NCBI GenBank assembly: GCA_024276825.1
Contig: JAJRWI010000004.1
Location: forward strand, 13,723-77,722
Source: an archaeon
GTDB taxonomy: Archaea; Asgardarchaeota; Thorarchaeia; Thorarchaeales; Thorarchaeaceae
DNA length: 64,000 nt
Reading direction: 5' to 3'
Shown: one piece after another, positions 30,657-40,695 of the stretch
Position numbering within the stretch: position 1 is the first letter of the stretch
Layout of the letters: each line of letters begins with the position of its first letter
Translations under genes and position numbers: made by a program
The notes under the pieces: generated by a model
The model's database searches: none
Seen by the model: the letters and a program-made list of their open reading frames with translations, nothing else
What the model was told of the DNA's origin: nothing

Positions 30657-30947
30657 TTAATATACCTCACGCGGTGATTGCTTCAGTCGCTCGGGAAGAG
30701 CGCCACCTTGCCCTTCAATTACAAGTTCGAAATCTCTTCCTATTCGTCCGCCTTTCTGAAGCTGAAAGCCTGATTTCTGGATTGATCTGGCATTTCTTTC
30801 TGCGGCTCGTCGCATGATCATACTGACCCCATTGGGAACTGTAAGTATCAGCTTTTTTTGAGCCATATCTATTTTTAGTGTGATCTGGGTTGTTGGAGTC
30901 CCAGTGCACTCATGAAACTTGCTATCTTTATACTCTAGAATCGTCAT
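30657..30947 (-). CDS. Small protein, possibly a divergent gelsolin-like domain
   Basis: Aligns without gaps to the gelsolin domain at 26147 (IDMAQKKLILT..RRAAERNARSI vs IDEVSKSIFLW..KFIGARVATNL). Confidence 0.5.
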   Translation of the reverse strand: MTILEYKDSKFHECTGTPTTQITLKIDMAQKKLILTVPNGVSMIMRRAAERNARSIQKSGFQLQKGGRIGRDFELVIEGQGGALPERLKQSPREVY

Positions 30948-31220
30948 TTTCTTTCCCGTCCTAGATGATGTCAATTATGGATTACAACATGTATTATATT
31001 AGCGTTTACCAGATGAAATCATCTCACTCAAGCATGACAAAAGCCCTATTTATCATTTTAATGAGCAAACCTTTGCATTCCTGATCTAATGGAATTGCCA
31101 GAGTAGGTCTTACCTATTATCCATTTTGATTATAAAAGAAATAGCCATGAGTCCTGAGAGTCTTGCCCAGAGAGCTCCTCTCTAGGACTCTATGCTCAAA
31201 TAAGCTCGGTGCCTGGCGTT

Positions 31221-31499
31221 TTAGTCAGGTGGGGGTGGCGGAGGTGGTGTGTCCTCAACCCTTGTGTCAACTGGAGCAGTGACTGAATCGCGTTTCTTCT
31301 TTGTGTAGAAGAACCCAAGAATAATGAATACCAGCCCAATTATTGCAACGACTCCTCCAATCAAAGTCTGATTCATCATAAATGATGGTCCCATATTGAC
31401 CATGATTGCAAGAATGGACCCCGCTATTACCAACAACACGCCAAGGCATATCAGCCAAGACCGTGCATATTCGCGCCATGTTAGATATGACATATCCAT
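31221..31499 (-). CDS. Small two-TM membrane protein with C-terminal polyproline tail
   Basis: Two hydrophobic helices, KKKR stop-transfer, ends TPPPPPPPD. GGAG RBS upstream. Confidence 0.75.
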   Translation of the reverse strand: MDMSYLTWREYARSWLICLGVLLVIAGSILAIMVNMGPSFMMNQTLIGGVVAIIGLVFIILGFFYTKKKRDSVTAPVDTRVEDTPPPPPPPD

Positions 31500-31598
31500 A
31501 AGTCTCCTTTTCGAGGTTTTTATTCCTCGTCTAAACAAATTCTATTCAGTAAGATTGATTTAAGCATATCTACGAACAATAATGCCGGTGATAGATTA

Positions 31599-32480
31599 TC
31601 AATCAACAGAGATTGTGATTATACATCCAGTGGATGAAGTGTTTATCCTTATTTTCAGGCTTGTAACCTCACTGACTTTCTCTGCTATCGCTTCATGGAA
31701 TGCACAAGGAAATTTTGGCGGGGCTTTTGTTCCAGCATCCACATACCACTTGCCATCTATAAGAAGTTGACATTTTCCGGACTCAATCACCAATGTATTA
31801 TCGGCTGTGGTTGGTATCTGCCCCTCATTAGTGCAGCTCATGATCATATCAACAAATAGTTGGATTGGCATTTTCGGATCTTCATATGCGGACCATCTTC
31901 TCACAGTTGCCTCTGCAATTCTTGAGATCATTGCTTCAAGGTGTCCTTTCGGCAGGTTTGAACCGTATGCAGTGATCTCCTGAATGGCTGCAGCAAGAAC
32001 CTCAATCAGACTCTCCTGTTTTCGAACATTATCCGTCGCATAGACCTTTGGAACTGCACCGAGGGGTCTGGCGACAAGGTCCCTCTGCGATGAGGAGGTT
32101 GCGTTTCCTGCGGGAATGTCGATTGCTTGTTCACTAGATGTTTCCGCAGCTCCACTCCCAGTTGTTGTGCCATCTTCTCGCACAAGGCCTGGAACTTCGA
32201 AATTTGGACATATTCCTGACTGCTGATAGCGTCTAGCAAACTGCATGAGACGCCCTGCACATTGAGCCACCTCATACCTGCTTAGCCCTGGAAGCCTTGC
32301 ATGACCATAAATAACGCCGACAAAGTTGTCGAGAGTGAGGTCTGAGATAGTCTTCTCTACAAGTATCTTCCTTCCTCTAACAACCCTTGCGGCCCACATG
32401 TCATTCATAACGCCAGCCTGAGCTGCGTAGCTCGTATTCTTGATGGGGACAAGGGGCGAGATAGGATAGAACTCACTCAA
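31599..32480 (-). CDS. Hypothetical protein with a C-terminal V4R-like (Cys-liganded) domain
   Basis: LVIESGKCQL...FPCAFHE....TGCIITI matches the C/C/C spacing of V4R-type domains. Confidence 0.5.
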   Translation of the reverse strand: MSEFYPISPLVPIKNTSYAAQAGVMNDMWAARVVRGRKILVEKTISDLTLDNFVGVIYGHARLPGLSRYEVAQCAGRLMQFARRYQQSGICPNFEVPGLVREDGTTTGSGAAETSSEQAIDIPAGNATSSSQRDLVARPLGAVPKVYATDNVRKQESLIEVLAAAIQEITAYGSNLPKGHLEAMISRIAEATVRRWSAYEDPKMPIQLFVDMIMSCTNEGQIPTTADNTLVIESGKCQLLIDGKWYVDAGTKAPPKFPCAFHEAIAEKVSEVTSLKIRINTSSTGCIITISVD

Positions 32481-32560
32481 CTTCTGAACCTCTACTTCTA
32501 TTATTCATTGGTCTTTATCACATAGCGACTCAAAAGACTATTGTTAATGTATCTGTGATG

Positions 32561-35050
32561 TCATTGTTTCTTGAATTGTATTTTCAAGGTTGCTATCGCA
32601 TGCGGGTCCAATGCAATCTGCGCTGAGTTCTTCTCAAACACAAGGTCTCCAATCTCTCTCTCAGTGAGGTCAACTAACTTGACTGATTCAATGTCTTGTG
32701 AAAACTCAATATCAATGCACGAGGTCTCGCCATTCATCTCAAAGAGTCTGAATATGTATTCTTTCTCATTAGTGGTTGGCTTCACGCAGGTGATCATCAC
32801 CTCGCCGCCACGCACACTAACCAGTGAATATTGCACTGGCATTGACCTGTCGGTCTCGTCTATTACCCTGTGCAGTAGCGGAAGTCTATGCTCTGATGCT
32901 CTCCTCCAGACTTCTGAATCCTCAGGACTGTCTTTGAATGTCGAGATCATGTACCGATAGAATAGCCTGCCTGTTTCGCGGGATGTCTTGGTTTCAACAA
33001 CATCATCATCAAGGCCACGCGAGAGATGGTCTACACTCCTAAGTAATGTTGCTCTAAGTTTTCCATCGGTAAACTCGAACTCATGCAATCCTGGAGCTGA
33101 TATGCAGATGGCAAAATCTGGGCTCTCACAGAGCACCCAGTCCAAAGCACTAAATGCCCCTTCTGCTGGGTCTTCCCATGAATAGAGCTCTTGGCTTCTG
33201 GTACTCCTGCTCTCTGCGATGAATTGTGCTCCAACTTTCACATGATCATTGAAGACGGTCAGAGGGAAGTTGAGTCGCATTCTCTTTGAACGGCCTTTAA
33301 AATCAACCCCCAGCGTCATATCAATGCGTGTGATACTATCATAGACCATGATCTCCTGTTCAATCGCCATACCTCCCATCTCTCGCGTGACTCTCATTAC
33401 CCCTCTTACAGGACCTTCCTCAATAACCTCAAGTTTGCCCGAAACCCTTTCACTAGTGAGGTCACTCTCTGGTGTACTGAGCTCAGAACGCGAATACCTG
33501 TATAAGTCCCCAACATCATTCTCTATGGTTATGTAGTTTCCAAGATCAGATAGTACCTCAAACTGTCCTGTTTTGTCGAGGATTCGAGATATTGACCCAC
33601 TAAAGTCTTCAAACTCAATTGAGAAAATCCTTGACTCAAGCCAATTCTTTCCGCTTCGTATTTGTGACTCGAACTCTGGTTGTCTTTCCACTGGAACTAC
33701 CGAGAACACCTTGTATCCCAGGGGCGGGAGGTCCCTAGCAACGAATACGATATCAGCAGAGCCCGTTTCATCATTAATTCCGTTTATCTGATACACCATG
33801 TCATTACCCTCAGTGTCCTTGATAGCAAAGAACTCGCTATCAATCTTCGAGAGGTCAATGACAGTTTCCACAACATCTGTGCGTTCCCAGTTTAGAGGGT
33901 TAAACACGGCAATGCTAAGACACTCATTAACAGTCGCAATCTTCCTTGTTAGCTTCCTAATTGTTTCATCAAGCATCTGCTTAGCTCGCTCTTTGCCCTG
34001 ATTGAACCTCTTTACTGCAAGTTGATATGGCGCATCTGCACAAGTCCCTCGAATAATATTGTGATCCTGATTGAACAATAGAATCCTCCATATATTCTCA
34101 ATTGATGTGCCATTGTTCTTTTCTCCCAGAATAGAACGAAATACCTCAATCATATATAACAGCCCTTCCAATTCTCTGTTAAGAAGTTTTAACCTGATTC
34201 TTCCTGACAGTCCGCCAGACCTGATCCCTGCAAATCTCCCTGCAATTAGGGGACCTGCTATGACTGGAAACTCTGCCTGAACTGACTTGATCTTGTCAAT
34301 ATACTCTCGAGGGGTTGTGATAACCAGACGCGTGTCTTGAAATGTCATGTTCCATTTGTGGACAAGATCTGCCAGATGCGGGGGTGGCGGTACCAACTCT
34401 CCACCGACAGGAATGAACAGATTTGACGAGACCGATCTCTGACTACTCTCTTCAATAATCCCCAGTAAATTAGAGAATGCCTCTCGTGCGTTCTCCGATA
34501 GCCATGCTGCTACCTCATAGCCCATTGGCAACCAGATTGCATTCACACGACTTCCATCTGGACCTTTCCAAACGAACTCGGTTGGTGCATCATATGGCAT
34601 GCCCCTCCAGAAGAAGAACGAGTCAATTCCACACAGTCTCAAGATCTGAGGCAGTTGGGAACAATGACCTGCCGAGTCGATTGCCCACCCTGTCTTTACA
34701 TCAATGCCAAACTCTTTTCTGAAGTAGTTCATCCCGATTAGAAACTGTCTAACAATTGACTCACCATCAGGGATTATGAAATCTGGCATGACATAGGTTC
34801 CGCCCACCAGCTCCAATTGTCCATCCAGCACCTTCTTCTGCAACTCGTCCCAGTAATTTGGAAATAGTCGTTGAAACCCTTCAAGGAGGGTGACTTGATC
34901 AATACAGAATTTGTGTTCCGACTCGATATTCAAATAATCAAGAGCGCTCTTAATGTTCCATGAAGCTATACTGATATTATGCTCGAAGGTCTGTATTCTA
35001 GAGTTATCAAAATGCAAGAACGGGCAGACATTTACCATCCAACGTTGCAT
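32561..35050 (-). CDS. Glycoside hydrolase family 38 (alpha-mannosidase-like)
   Basis: HFD, LELVGG..VMPD..PDGES..RQ, W.IDSAGH..QLPQI, FVWKGPDGS, NQDH, VFNPL.WER, LPPLGY. Confidence 0.88.
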   Translation of the reverse strand: MQRWMVNVCPFLHFDNSRIQTFEHNISIASWNIKSALDYLNIESEHKFCIDQVTLLEGFQRLFPNYWDELQKKVLDGQLELVGGTYVMPDFIIPDGESIVRQFLIGMNYFRKEFGIDVKTGWAIDSAGHCSQLPQILRLCGIDSFFFWRGMPYDAPTEFVWKGPDGSRVNAIWLPMGYEVAAWLSENAREAFSNLLGIIEESSQRSVSSNLFIPVGGELVPPPPHLADLVHKWNMTFQDTRLVITTPREYIDKIKSVQAEFPVIAGPLIAGRFAGIRSGGLSGRIRLKLLNRELEGLLYMIEVFRSILGEKNNGTSIENIWRILLFNQDHNIIRGTCADAPYQLAVKRFNQGKERAKQMLDETIRKLTRKIATVNECLSIAVFNPLNWERTDVVETVIDLSKIDSEFFAIKDTEGNDMVYQINGINDETGSADIVFVARDLPPLGYKVFSVVPVERQPEFESQIRSGKNWLESRIFSIEFEDFSGSISRILDKTGQFEVLSDLGNYITIENDVGDLYRYSRSELSTPESDLTSERVSGKLEVIEEGPVRGVMRVTREMGGMAIEQEIMVYDSITRIDMTLGVDFKGRSKRMRLNFPLTVFNDHVKVGAQFIAESRSTRSQELYSWEDPAEGAFSALDWVLCESPDFAICISAPGLHEFEFTDGKLRATLLRSVDHLSRGLDDDVVETKTSRETGRLFYRYMISTFKDSPEDSEVWRRASEHRLPLLHRVIDETDRSMPVQYSLVSVRGGEVMITCVKPTTNEKEYIFRLFEMNGETSCIDIEFSQDIESVKLVDLTEREIGDLVFEKNSAQIALDPHAIATLKIQFKKQ

Positions 35051-35150
35051 TGTTCCTCAACTCGCATGTTAAGAGAAAAAATGGCATCTCACCTTTATAG
35101 GCATTCGGTGTGTCTGCCATCAACACTCAAAGGGATATTTGTGTTGACAT

Positions 35151-35227
35151 CTTCTAAAAAGAAAAGTGTTGAACGCCTCTAATAGAAGGATTCAGCACTT
35201 GTGAATGTCTATTAGAGGCATTCAACA
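35151..35227 (-). terminator. Long hairpin (20-bp stem) plus T-tract downstream of cdc48
   Basis: TGTTGAACGCCTCTAATAGA (35167-35186) pairs 19/20 with TCTATTAGAGGCATTCAACA (35208-35227); the mismatch is a G-U pair on the minus strand. CTTTTCTTTTTT follows on the minus strand. Confidence 0.7.
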
Positions 35228-35292
35228 TCTTGGTTATATCTTCTTGGCGGGTCTGTTTCATCTAGAAACTGGCCTTGGTTGAATGCTGGCAA

Positions 35293-37485
35293 TCACACAA
35301 ACCCTGGTGGCTCCGCCTTTCTTGGATCCGGTCTTCGTCGGATGACTCTGTCTGCCATCTCCCTGAATCGTTTGATGTCTTCAGATGCAATGCTCGGTCT
35401 GACTTCCTCCATTGCCTTCTTGAAGTGTTCCATTCTAATGGGTTTGGCTTTCCAGTCATCACGGACAGCAGCCATTGCTGCCTCCCTGCACAATCCTTCA
35501 ATGTCCGCACCAGAGTATCCCTCGGTCATATTGGCCAATTCCTCTAAATCCACATCATCATGAAGTGGCATGTTCTTGGTATGCACCTTTAGAATCTCCA
35601 GACGGGCATCTCTATCAGGAGGCGGCACAAAGATCACATTATCAAACCTGCCTGGTCTGAGCACCGCAGGGTCAATGATATCTGCCCTGTTTGTGGCACC
35701 AATCACAAGGACATTCTTGAGACTTTGAATTCCATCGAGTTCCGCAAGGAACTGGTTCACAATCTTTCTGCCAACTCCAGAGGTCTCATCACGTAGACTT
35801 CTTGATGCAAGGATTGCGTCAATCTCGTCAAAGAACAGGACGCATGGAGCCGTCTGTCTGGCCTTCTTGAAGATCTCTCTGATGGCTCGCTCAGACTCAC
35901 CGACCCATTTGTTAAACACTTCAGGCCCACGGATTGAGATGAAATTGGCCTCACTTTCGGTTGCCACTGCTTTTGCAAGTAGGGTCTTGCCAGTACCAGG
36001 AGGTCCGAATAGAAGCACTCCCTTTGGAGCTCGGATCCCCATCTCCTTAAACACATCAGAGTGTTTCAATGGTGCTTCTACTGCCTCCTTAAGCTTCGCC
36101 TTGACATCCTTGAGCCCACCGACATCATCCCAATGGACATTTGGCTTCTCAACAAGAACTTCTCTAAGAGCAGATGGTGAAACCTCTGACACTGCTGACT
36201 CAAAGTCTTCCTGAGTGACAAACAGCTGGTTCAATACATCTGATGGTATCTCACCAGTCACCGGGTCCACGTGTGGTAATGCACGACGCAGCGCATGCAT
36301 TGCAGCCTCTCTTGCCAGAGCCGCAAGGTCTGCACCAACGAAACCATGGGTTCTGGCAGCAAGGCTCTCCAGGTTAACATCATCTGCAAGGGGCATTGAT
36401 CTGGTGTGAATCTCAAGTATCTCCAGTCTTCCCTTCTTGTCAGGAACACCGATCTCGATCTCGCGGTCGAATCTGCCTGGCCTGCGAAGGGCCTCATCGA
36501 GATCATCAGGCCTGTTTGTTGCTCCAATAACAATGACCTGACCTCTTCCTGCCAGGCCATCCATTAGTGCAAGGAGTTGTGCCACTACTCTTCGTTCCAC
36601 CTCTCCAGTCACTTCAGACCTCTTTGGAGCAATGCTGTCAATTTCATCAATGAAGATTATGCTTGGAGCATTCTCCTCTGCCTCTTTGAATATCTCTCTC
36701 AGCTTCTGCTCTGATTCACCATAGAATTTGCCCATTATCTCTGGACCATTGATTGTGAGGAAGTTTGCTCCAGCCTCATTTGCAACAGCTTTTGCAATCA
36801 ATGTCTTTCCTGTGCCTGGTGGACCGTGCAATAGCACTCCTTTTGGCGGGGTGATGCCAAGACGCTTGAATAGTGCTGGTGACTTCATTGGGAGCTCGAT
36901 CATTTCTCTGATCTTCTGCAGCTCCTTGCTCAAGCCACCAATGTCCTCATAAGTGACAGATGGCGTTGCATAGTCTTCTGGTGACACAGGCTTCTGCATG
37001 ACTTCGACTTTGGTGTTCTGGTCAATCTTTGCAAATTTGCTAGGACTCACACTTGTGACCACGAAGTACATCCCGCGTCCGAGTACTCCAACGACCATCA
37101 CATCGCCACGAGTCACTGCCCTGTACAATATCCTGTTCTTTATATACTCGTCAAAGCCACGTCCAGTTGGAATTGGTTCGGTTGGTGCAATGACCACTTT
37201 CTGAGCAACAGGTGGTTCTACCTTCCTCACTTCCACCATGTCCATGAGCTTTACACCTGCATTATTACGAATTATGCCGTCCATTCGAATGATGTCTTCA
37301 TTCTCATCTTCCATCATTGCAGGCCTGAATGTGGCTATGGTCTCCTTCTGTCCCTTGATCAAGACATAGTCGCCAGTCCGGAGACCTAATTTCTCTCTCA
37401 CTCTTGAATTCAATCTTACAAAACCGCGGCCATGGTCTTTGGGAAGGGCCGCGGTCACCTGTAGCTGTATTGACTCCCCAGTCAT
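35293..37485 (-). CDS. cdc48: CDC48/VCP family AAA+ ATPase
   Basis: N domain plus two AAA modules (GPPGTGKT twice, DEID twice, RPGRFD twice). Confidence 0.97.
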   Translation of the reverse strand: MTGESIQLQVTAALPKDHGRGFVRLNSRVREKLGLRTGDYVLIKGQKETIATFRPAMMEDENEDIIRMDGIIRNNAGVKLMDMVEVRKVEPPVAQKVVIAPTEPIPTGRGFDEYIKNRILYRAVTRGDVMVVGVLGRGMYFVVTSVSPSKFAKIDQNTKVEVMQKPVSPEDYATPSVTYEDIGGLSKELQKIREMIELPMKSPALFKRLGITPPKGVLLHGPPGTGKTLIAKAVANEAGANFLTINGPEIMGKFYGESEQKLREIFKEAEENAPSIIFIDEIDSIAPKRSEVTGEVERRVVAQLLALMDGLAGRGQVIVIGATNRPDDLDEALRRPGRFDREIEIGVPDKKGRLEILEIHTRSMPLADDVNLESLAARTHGFVGADLAALAREAAMHALRRALPHVDPVTGEIPSDVLNQLFVTQEDFESAVSEVSPSALREVLVEKPNVHWDDVGGLKDVKAKLKEAVEAPLKHSDVFKEMGIRAPKGVLLFGPPGTGKTLLAKAVATESEANFISIRGPEVFNKWVGESERAIREIFKKARQTAPCVLFFDEIDAILASRSLRDETSGVGRKIVNQFLAELDGIQSLKNVLVIGATNRADIIDPAVLRPGRFDNVIFVPPPDRDARLEILKVHTKNMPLHDDVDLEELANMTEGYSGADIEGLCREAAMAAVRDDWKAKPIRMEHFKKAMEEVRPSIASEDIKRFREMADRVIRRRPDPRKAEPPGFV

Positions 37486-37500
37486 CTTCTTTCCCTCCTT

Positions 37501-37944
37501 TTAGATCATCCTGATGCTCCTATACTCGTCATCGTTGCTTTTTGAGTTCTCAGCTTTAAACAGCTCAACCTCGATGGTCCCGTTTCTGAATGAACCGGTT
37601 GACCTCTCTATGTCAACCTCAAAGGGCAACTCAACTGTAATCTCCTTGCCCTCTTCCTCCTCACTAAGTACTCTCATCTTCTTTCCTCTCACTAGTATTG
37701 ATGGCTCTTTCTGATATGCAAATCCATCAATGACCACTAGCATCTTGTCGCCGAGTTCTATCTTCTCAACAGATGCCTTGCTTTCTTCCTTAACTCTTGG
37801 TCTTACCTGATTGGTTTCAATGTTTGGAGCACTGGTCGCATGAACTCGTATCTGAAATGCACCATTGCCACCTAGACCAAAGGAGTTTCCAAAGAATCTC
37901 TCTATTATCTCTCGAAACATTCTGTCAAACTCATCTTCTATCAT
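37501..37944 (-). CDS. hsp20: Small heat-shock protein (Hsp20/alpha-crystallin-like)
   Basis: DEFDRMF N-terminus, VELPFEVD...SFRNGTIEV, C-terminal IxI-like motif, GGAGG RBS, directly upstream of cdc48. Confidence 0.75.
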   Translation of the reverse strand: MIEDEFDRMFREIIERFFGNSFGLGGNGAFQIRVHATSAPNIETNQVRPRVKEESKASVEKIELGDKMLVVIDGFAYQKEPSILVRGKKMRVLSEEEEGKEITVELPFEVDIERSTGSFRNGTIEVELFKAENSKSNDDEYRSIRMI

Positions 37945-38039
37945 AGCTATCAACCTCCTTTGGGGAAGCCCAGGCGGCAGATGCCGCCTCAGAATCACTT
38001 GGGCTTCTTTTTGTGCGTGTTAGCTAGTGGGACTAAAGC

Positions 38040-38079
38040 CCTTTTGGTATATTAGTGCTAGGGACCTTTTGGTATATAA
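38040..38079 (-). promoter_or_regulatory. hsp20-cdc48 promoter with tandem 13-bp direct repeat
   Basis: CCTTTTGGTATAT at 38040-38052 and 38065-38077. A minus-strand TTATATA box (38073-38079) overlaps one copy. Confidence 0.55.
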
Positions 38080-38168
38080 GGTTTACGTTTGCTCAAGAAT
38101 ACATCTGGTCTGTGCTTCACTGAAGGATGAAAAACGAAAGGTTAACGTTTAGGACTGAATTATAATGT

Positions 38169-39560
38169 TCAATCAACAGTGATGTTTTCTTTTCTTAAGA
38201 TGTCCCTTGCAATTATGACACCTGATACTGAAGCCTGCATCAGCCCTCGCGTCAGTCCTGCACCATCGCCAGCAACATAGAGGTTTTTGATCTCAGTTTC
38301 GAGATATTCATTCGTTCTCAATCGTGTCGAATAAAACTTGACTTCAACCCCGTAAAGTAAAGTTCCATCATCAGCAACGCCTGGACAGAGTTTGTCAAGG
38401 GCATCGATCATTTCAAGTATGGAACTAAGATGTCTATATGGCAGGGCGAAGCTGAGGTCGCCAGGACAAGCACTTGGTAATGTGGGTTTTACAGCACTTC
38501 GTGAAATTCTCTCAGCAGTACTTCTTTTTCCTCTTCGAAGATCTGCTAGTCTTTGAACGAGAACACCATCTCCAAGCATGTTTGCAAGTCCTGCAATTGA
38601 ACTTCCATACCTGATCGGCTCGTTGAACGGTGCAGTGAACTTGGTTGATACAAGAAGTGCAAAGTTTGTATTGCCAGTCTTCTCATTGGCAAAGGACTGT
38701 CCATTGACAGTGAGGATGTCTTCATAATACTCAGTCGTAATCACACCCCCAGGATTGAAGCAGAACAGTCTGACCTTATCATCGAACTGTTTTGAGTAAT
38801 AGATGAGTTTAGGTTCATAGAGTGCCTTGGCAATATCTTCCATCACTGGTGCTGGGATCTCCACTCGCACACCAATGTCTACGTAGTTGTTCTCCTGAGA
38901 GAGAAACAGTCTGTCAGCTTGACTCTTGAGCCATTGACTGCCTACCCTGCCTGGAGCCGCTATGACATATTTTGAAGTTATCCTTGTGCCTCCGTTAGTG
39001 TCAAGACCCTGGACCAGCGAACCATTAACATGAAGGTCCTTGGCCTCTGTATTGAATTGAATCTCGACATTTTTGGCCAGATCATTAAACATTTTACTCA
39101 TGACCTCAATGCAGCCCTCCCTGCCCATATGACGGACTCTCTGAGGTATGAGTTCCATGCCCACTAGAGCAGCCCTTCTTGAATATTCATCAATGGCATC
39201 CTGATCTGCTCCGAATACTTTTTCGGGCGCTCCATACTTGATGTAAATGTCGTCAACATACTTCATCAGTTCTAGAAGTCTTTCCTCTCCAATAATCTCA
39301 TCCAGCCACCCGCCAACTCTAGTGGAGAAAGTGAGCTTGCCATCTGAAAAGGCTCCTGCACCACCCCACCCCGCCAAGATATGGCAGGGGTTGCATTTCT
39401 TACATCCTCTGGCCATCGTAGAATTTGGACAGTGCCTCTTTTTAATGTCCTTGCCCTTCTCTATCATTACTATTCTTAGATCCTGCTTGTGCTTTATCAG
39501 CTCGAGCGCACAAAAGATTCCGGCTGGACCACTACCGACGATCGCTACATCAAATTCCAA
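38169..39560 (-). CDS. FAD-dependent oxidoreductase (COG2509-like)
   Basis: IVGSGPAG, GGAGAFSDGKL, APGR.G, DIGVRVE, FCFNPGG, AGDGAG.TRG. Confidence 0.88.
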   Translation of the reverse strand: MEFDVAIVGSGPAGIFCALELIKHKQDLRIVMIEKGKDIKKRHCPNSTMARGCKKCNPCHILAGWGGAGAFSDGKLTFSTRVGGWLDEIIGEERLLELMKYVDDIYIKYGAPEKVFGADQDAIDEYSRRAALVGMELIPQRVRHMGREGCIEVMSKMFNDLAKNVEIQFNTEAKDLHVNGSLVQGLDTNGGTRITSKYVIAAPGRVGSQWLKSQADRLFLSQENNYVDIGVRVEIPAPVMEDIAKALYEPKLIYYSKQFDDKVRLFCFNPGGVITTEYYEDILTVNGQSFANEKTGNTNFALLVSTKFTAPFNEPIRYGSSIAGLANMLGDGVLVQRLADLRRGKRSTAERISRSAVKPTLPSACPGDLSFALPYRHLSSILEMIDALDKLCPGVADDGTLLYGVEVKFYSTRLRTNEYLETEIKNLYVAGDGAGLTRGLMQASVSGVIIARDILRKENITVD

Positions 39561-39700
39561 AGTAGAACGCTCCAGATAATTGGCTCCGGGTCAATCGCAA
39601 CTAATGTGAATGATTCTTAAGGCTTTGCGTTCATTGCAAAACTTCGACCATACCTCAAAGATTTAACTAGGATGGACACATTCAAAGATTGGTGCTAGAA

Positions 39701-40612
39701 ATGGCAAATTGCTCCCTCTGTGGTGCCGAAACCACTGCCTTCATTTGTCCCTACTGTAAAAGCGTGTTTTGCTTTGAACACAAATTGCCAGAGAGCCATG
39801 GATGTCCGGCATTTCAAATGACTCAGGCTCCAGGAATTATAGATAATGAAGAATATGAAGAGCCTGAGCCATCACGAGTTTCTCGCTTTCGGCCAAGAAA
39901 GAAGCAAATTCAGTCCCGGTCCATTCCATATCGCGGATCAAGAAGAAAGACTAGGTTTTCAGAAAGGGAGAAGAAAGACCTTTTAATTGCATCAATTCTT
40001 GTGATACTGGTCAGCATATCCATGATGGGCTTTGGTCGTGGAGGAATCATTAGTGCTATTGCCAGTCTTTATGTATTAGTTATGTCGGGCTTTTGGTGGG
40101 CTCCAGTCATCACCAGTTCTATCTTCCTCTTTTCGTTTATGGCACATGAGATGGCACACAAGTTTACGGCGCAGAAGTATGGAATGTGGAGCGAGTTTCG
40201 AATGACAGTTTCTGGCTATTATCTCTCTCTCATTGCGATTCTATTCTCATTTCCAATTTTTGGCACAGGTGCAGTATTCACTAGTGGGACTGCAAGTGAG
40301 GATGAAATTGCCAAGAGTAATCTTGCTGGCCCCCTCACGAATTTTGTGATAGCCTCGATTTTGTCTGTTGTGATCATATTAGCAGTAGGAGCCCTTGGAA
40401 GTCCCAGTTCAAGTTATGCATTGTATGTGTTCATTGCAATGGTGAACTTTGGAGTCATTCTAAATGGTTGGCTTGGTCTATTCAACATGATTCCTTTTCA
40501 GCCCTTTGATGGTGGTACCGTGTTCGCATGGAACAGAGTTGTATGGGCAGTACTAACAATTGGACTTGTATTTCTCATGATTCTGGGATATCTGATCTTT
40601 CCAGCGCTATAA
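39701..40612 (+). CDS. AN1-type zinc finger fused to an M50 (site-2) intramembrane metalloprotease
   Basis: CSLC..CPYC....CFEHKLPESHGC, then HEMAH, LAGP..N, FNMIPFQPFDG. Confidence 0.88.
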   Translation: MANCSLCGAETTAFICPYCKSVFCFEHKLPESHGCPAFQMTQAPGIIDNEEYEEPEPSRVSRFRPRKKQIQSRSIPYRGSRRKTRFSEREKKDLLIASILVILVSISMMGFGRGGIISAIASLYVLVMSGFWWAPVITSSIFLFSFMAHEMAHKFTAQKYGMWSEFRMTVSGYYLSLIAILFSFPIFGTGAVFTSGTASEDEIAKSNLAGPLTNFVIASILSVVIILAVGALGSPSSSYALYVFIAMVNFGVILNGWLGLFNMIPFQPFDGGTVFAWNRVVWAVLTIGLVFLMILGYLIFPAL

Positions 40613-40695
40613 TCTAAGCCTGCATAAAATATTACCATGGTTTATAGTATTCATCGTGTTGTTCATCTTATTATCTCAGATGAGGGACCATACGA

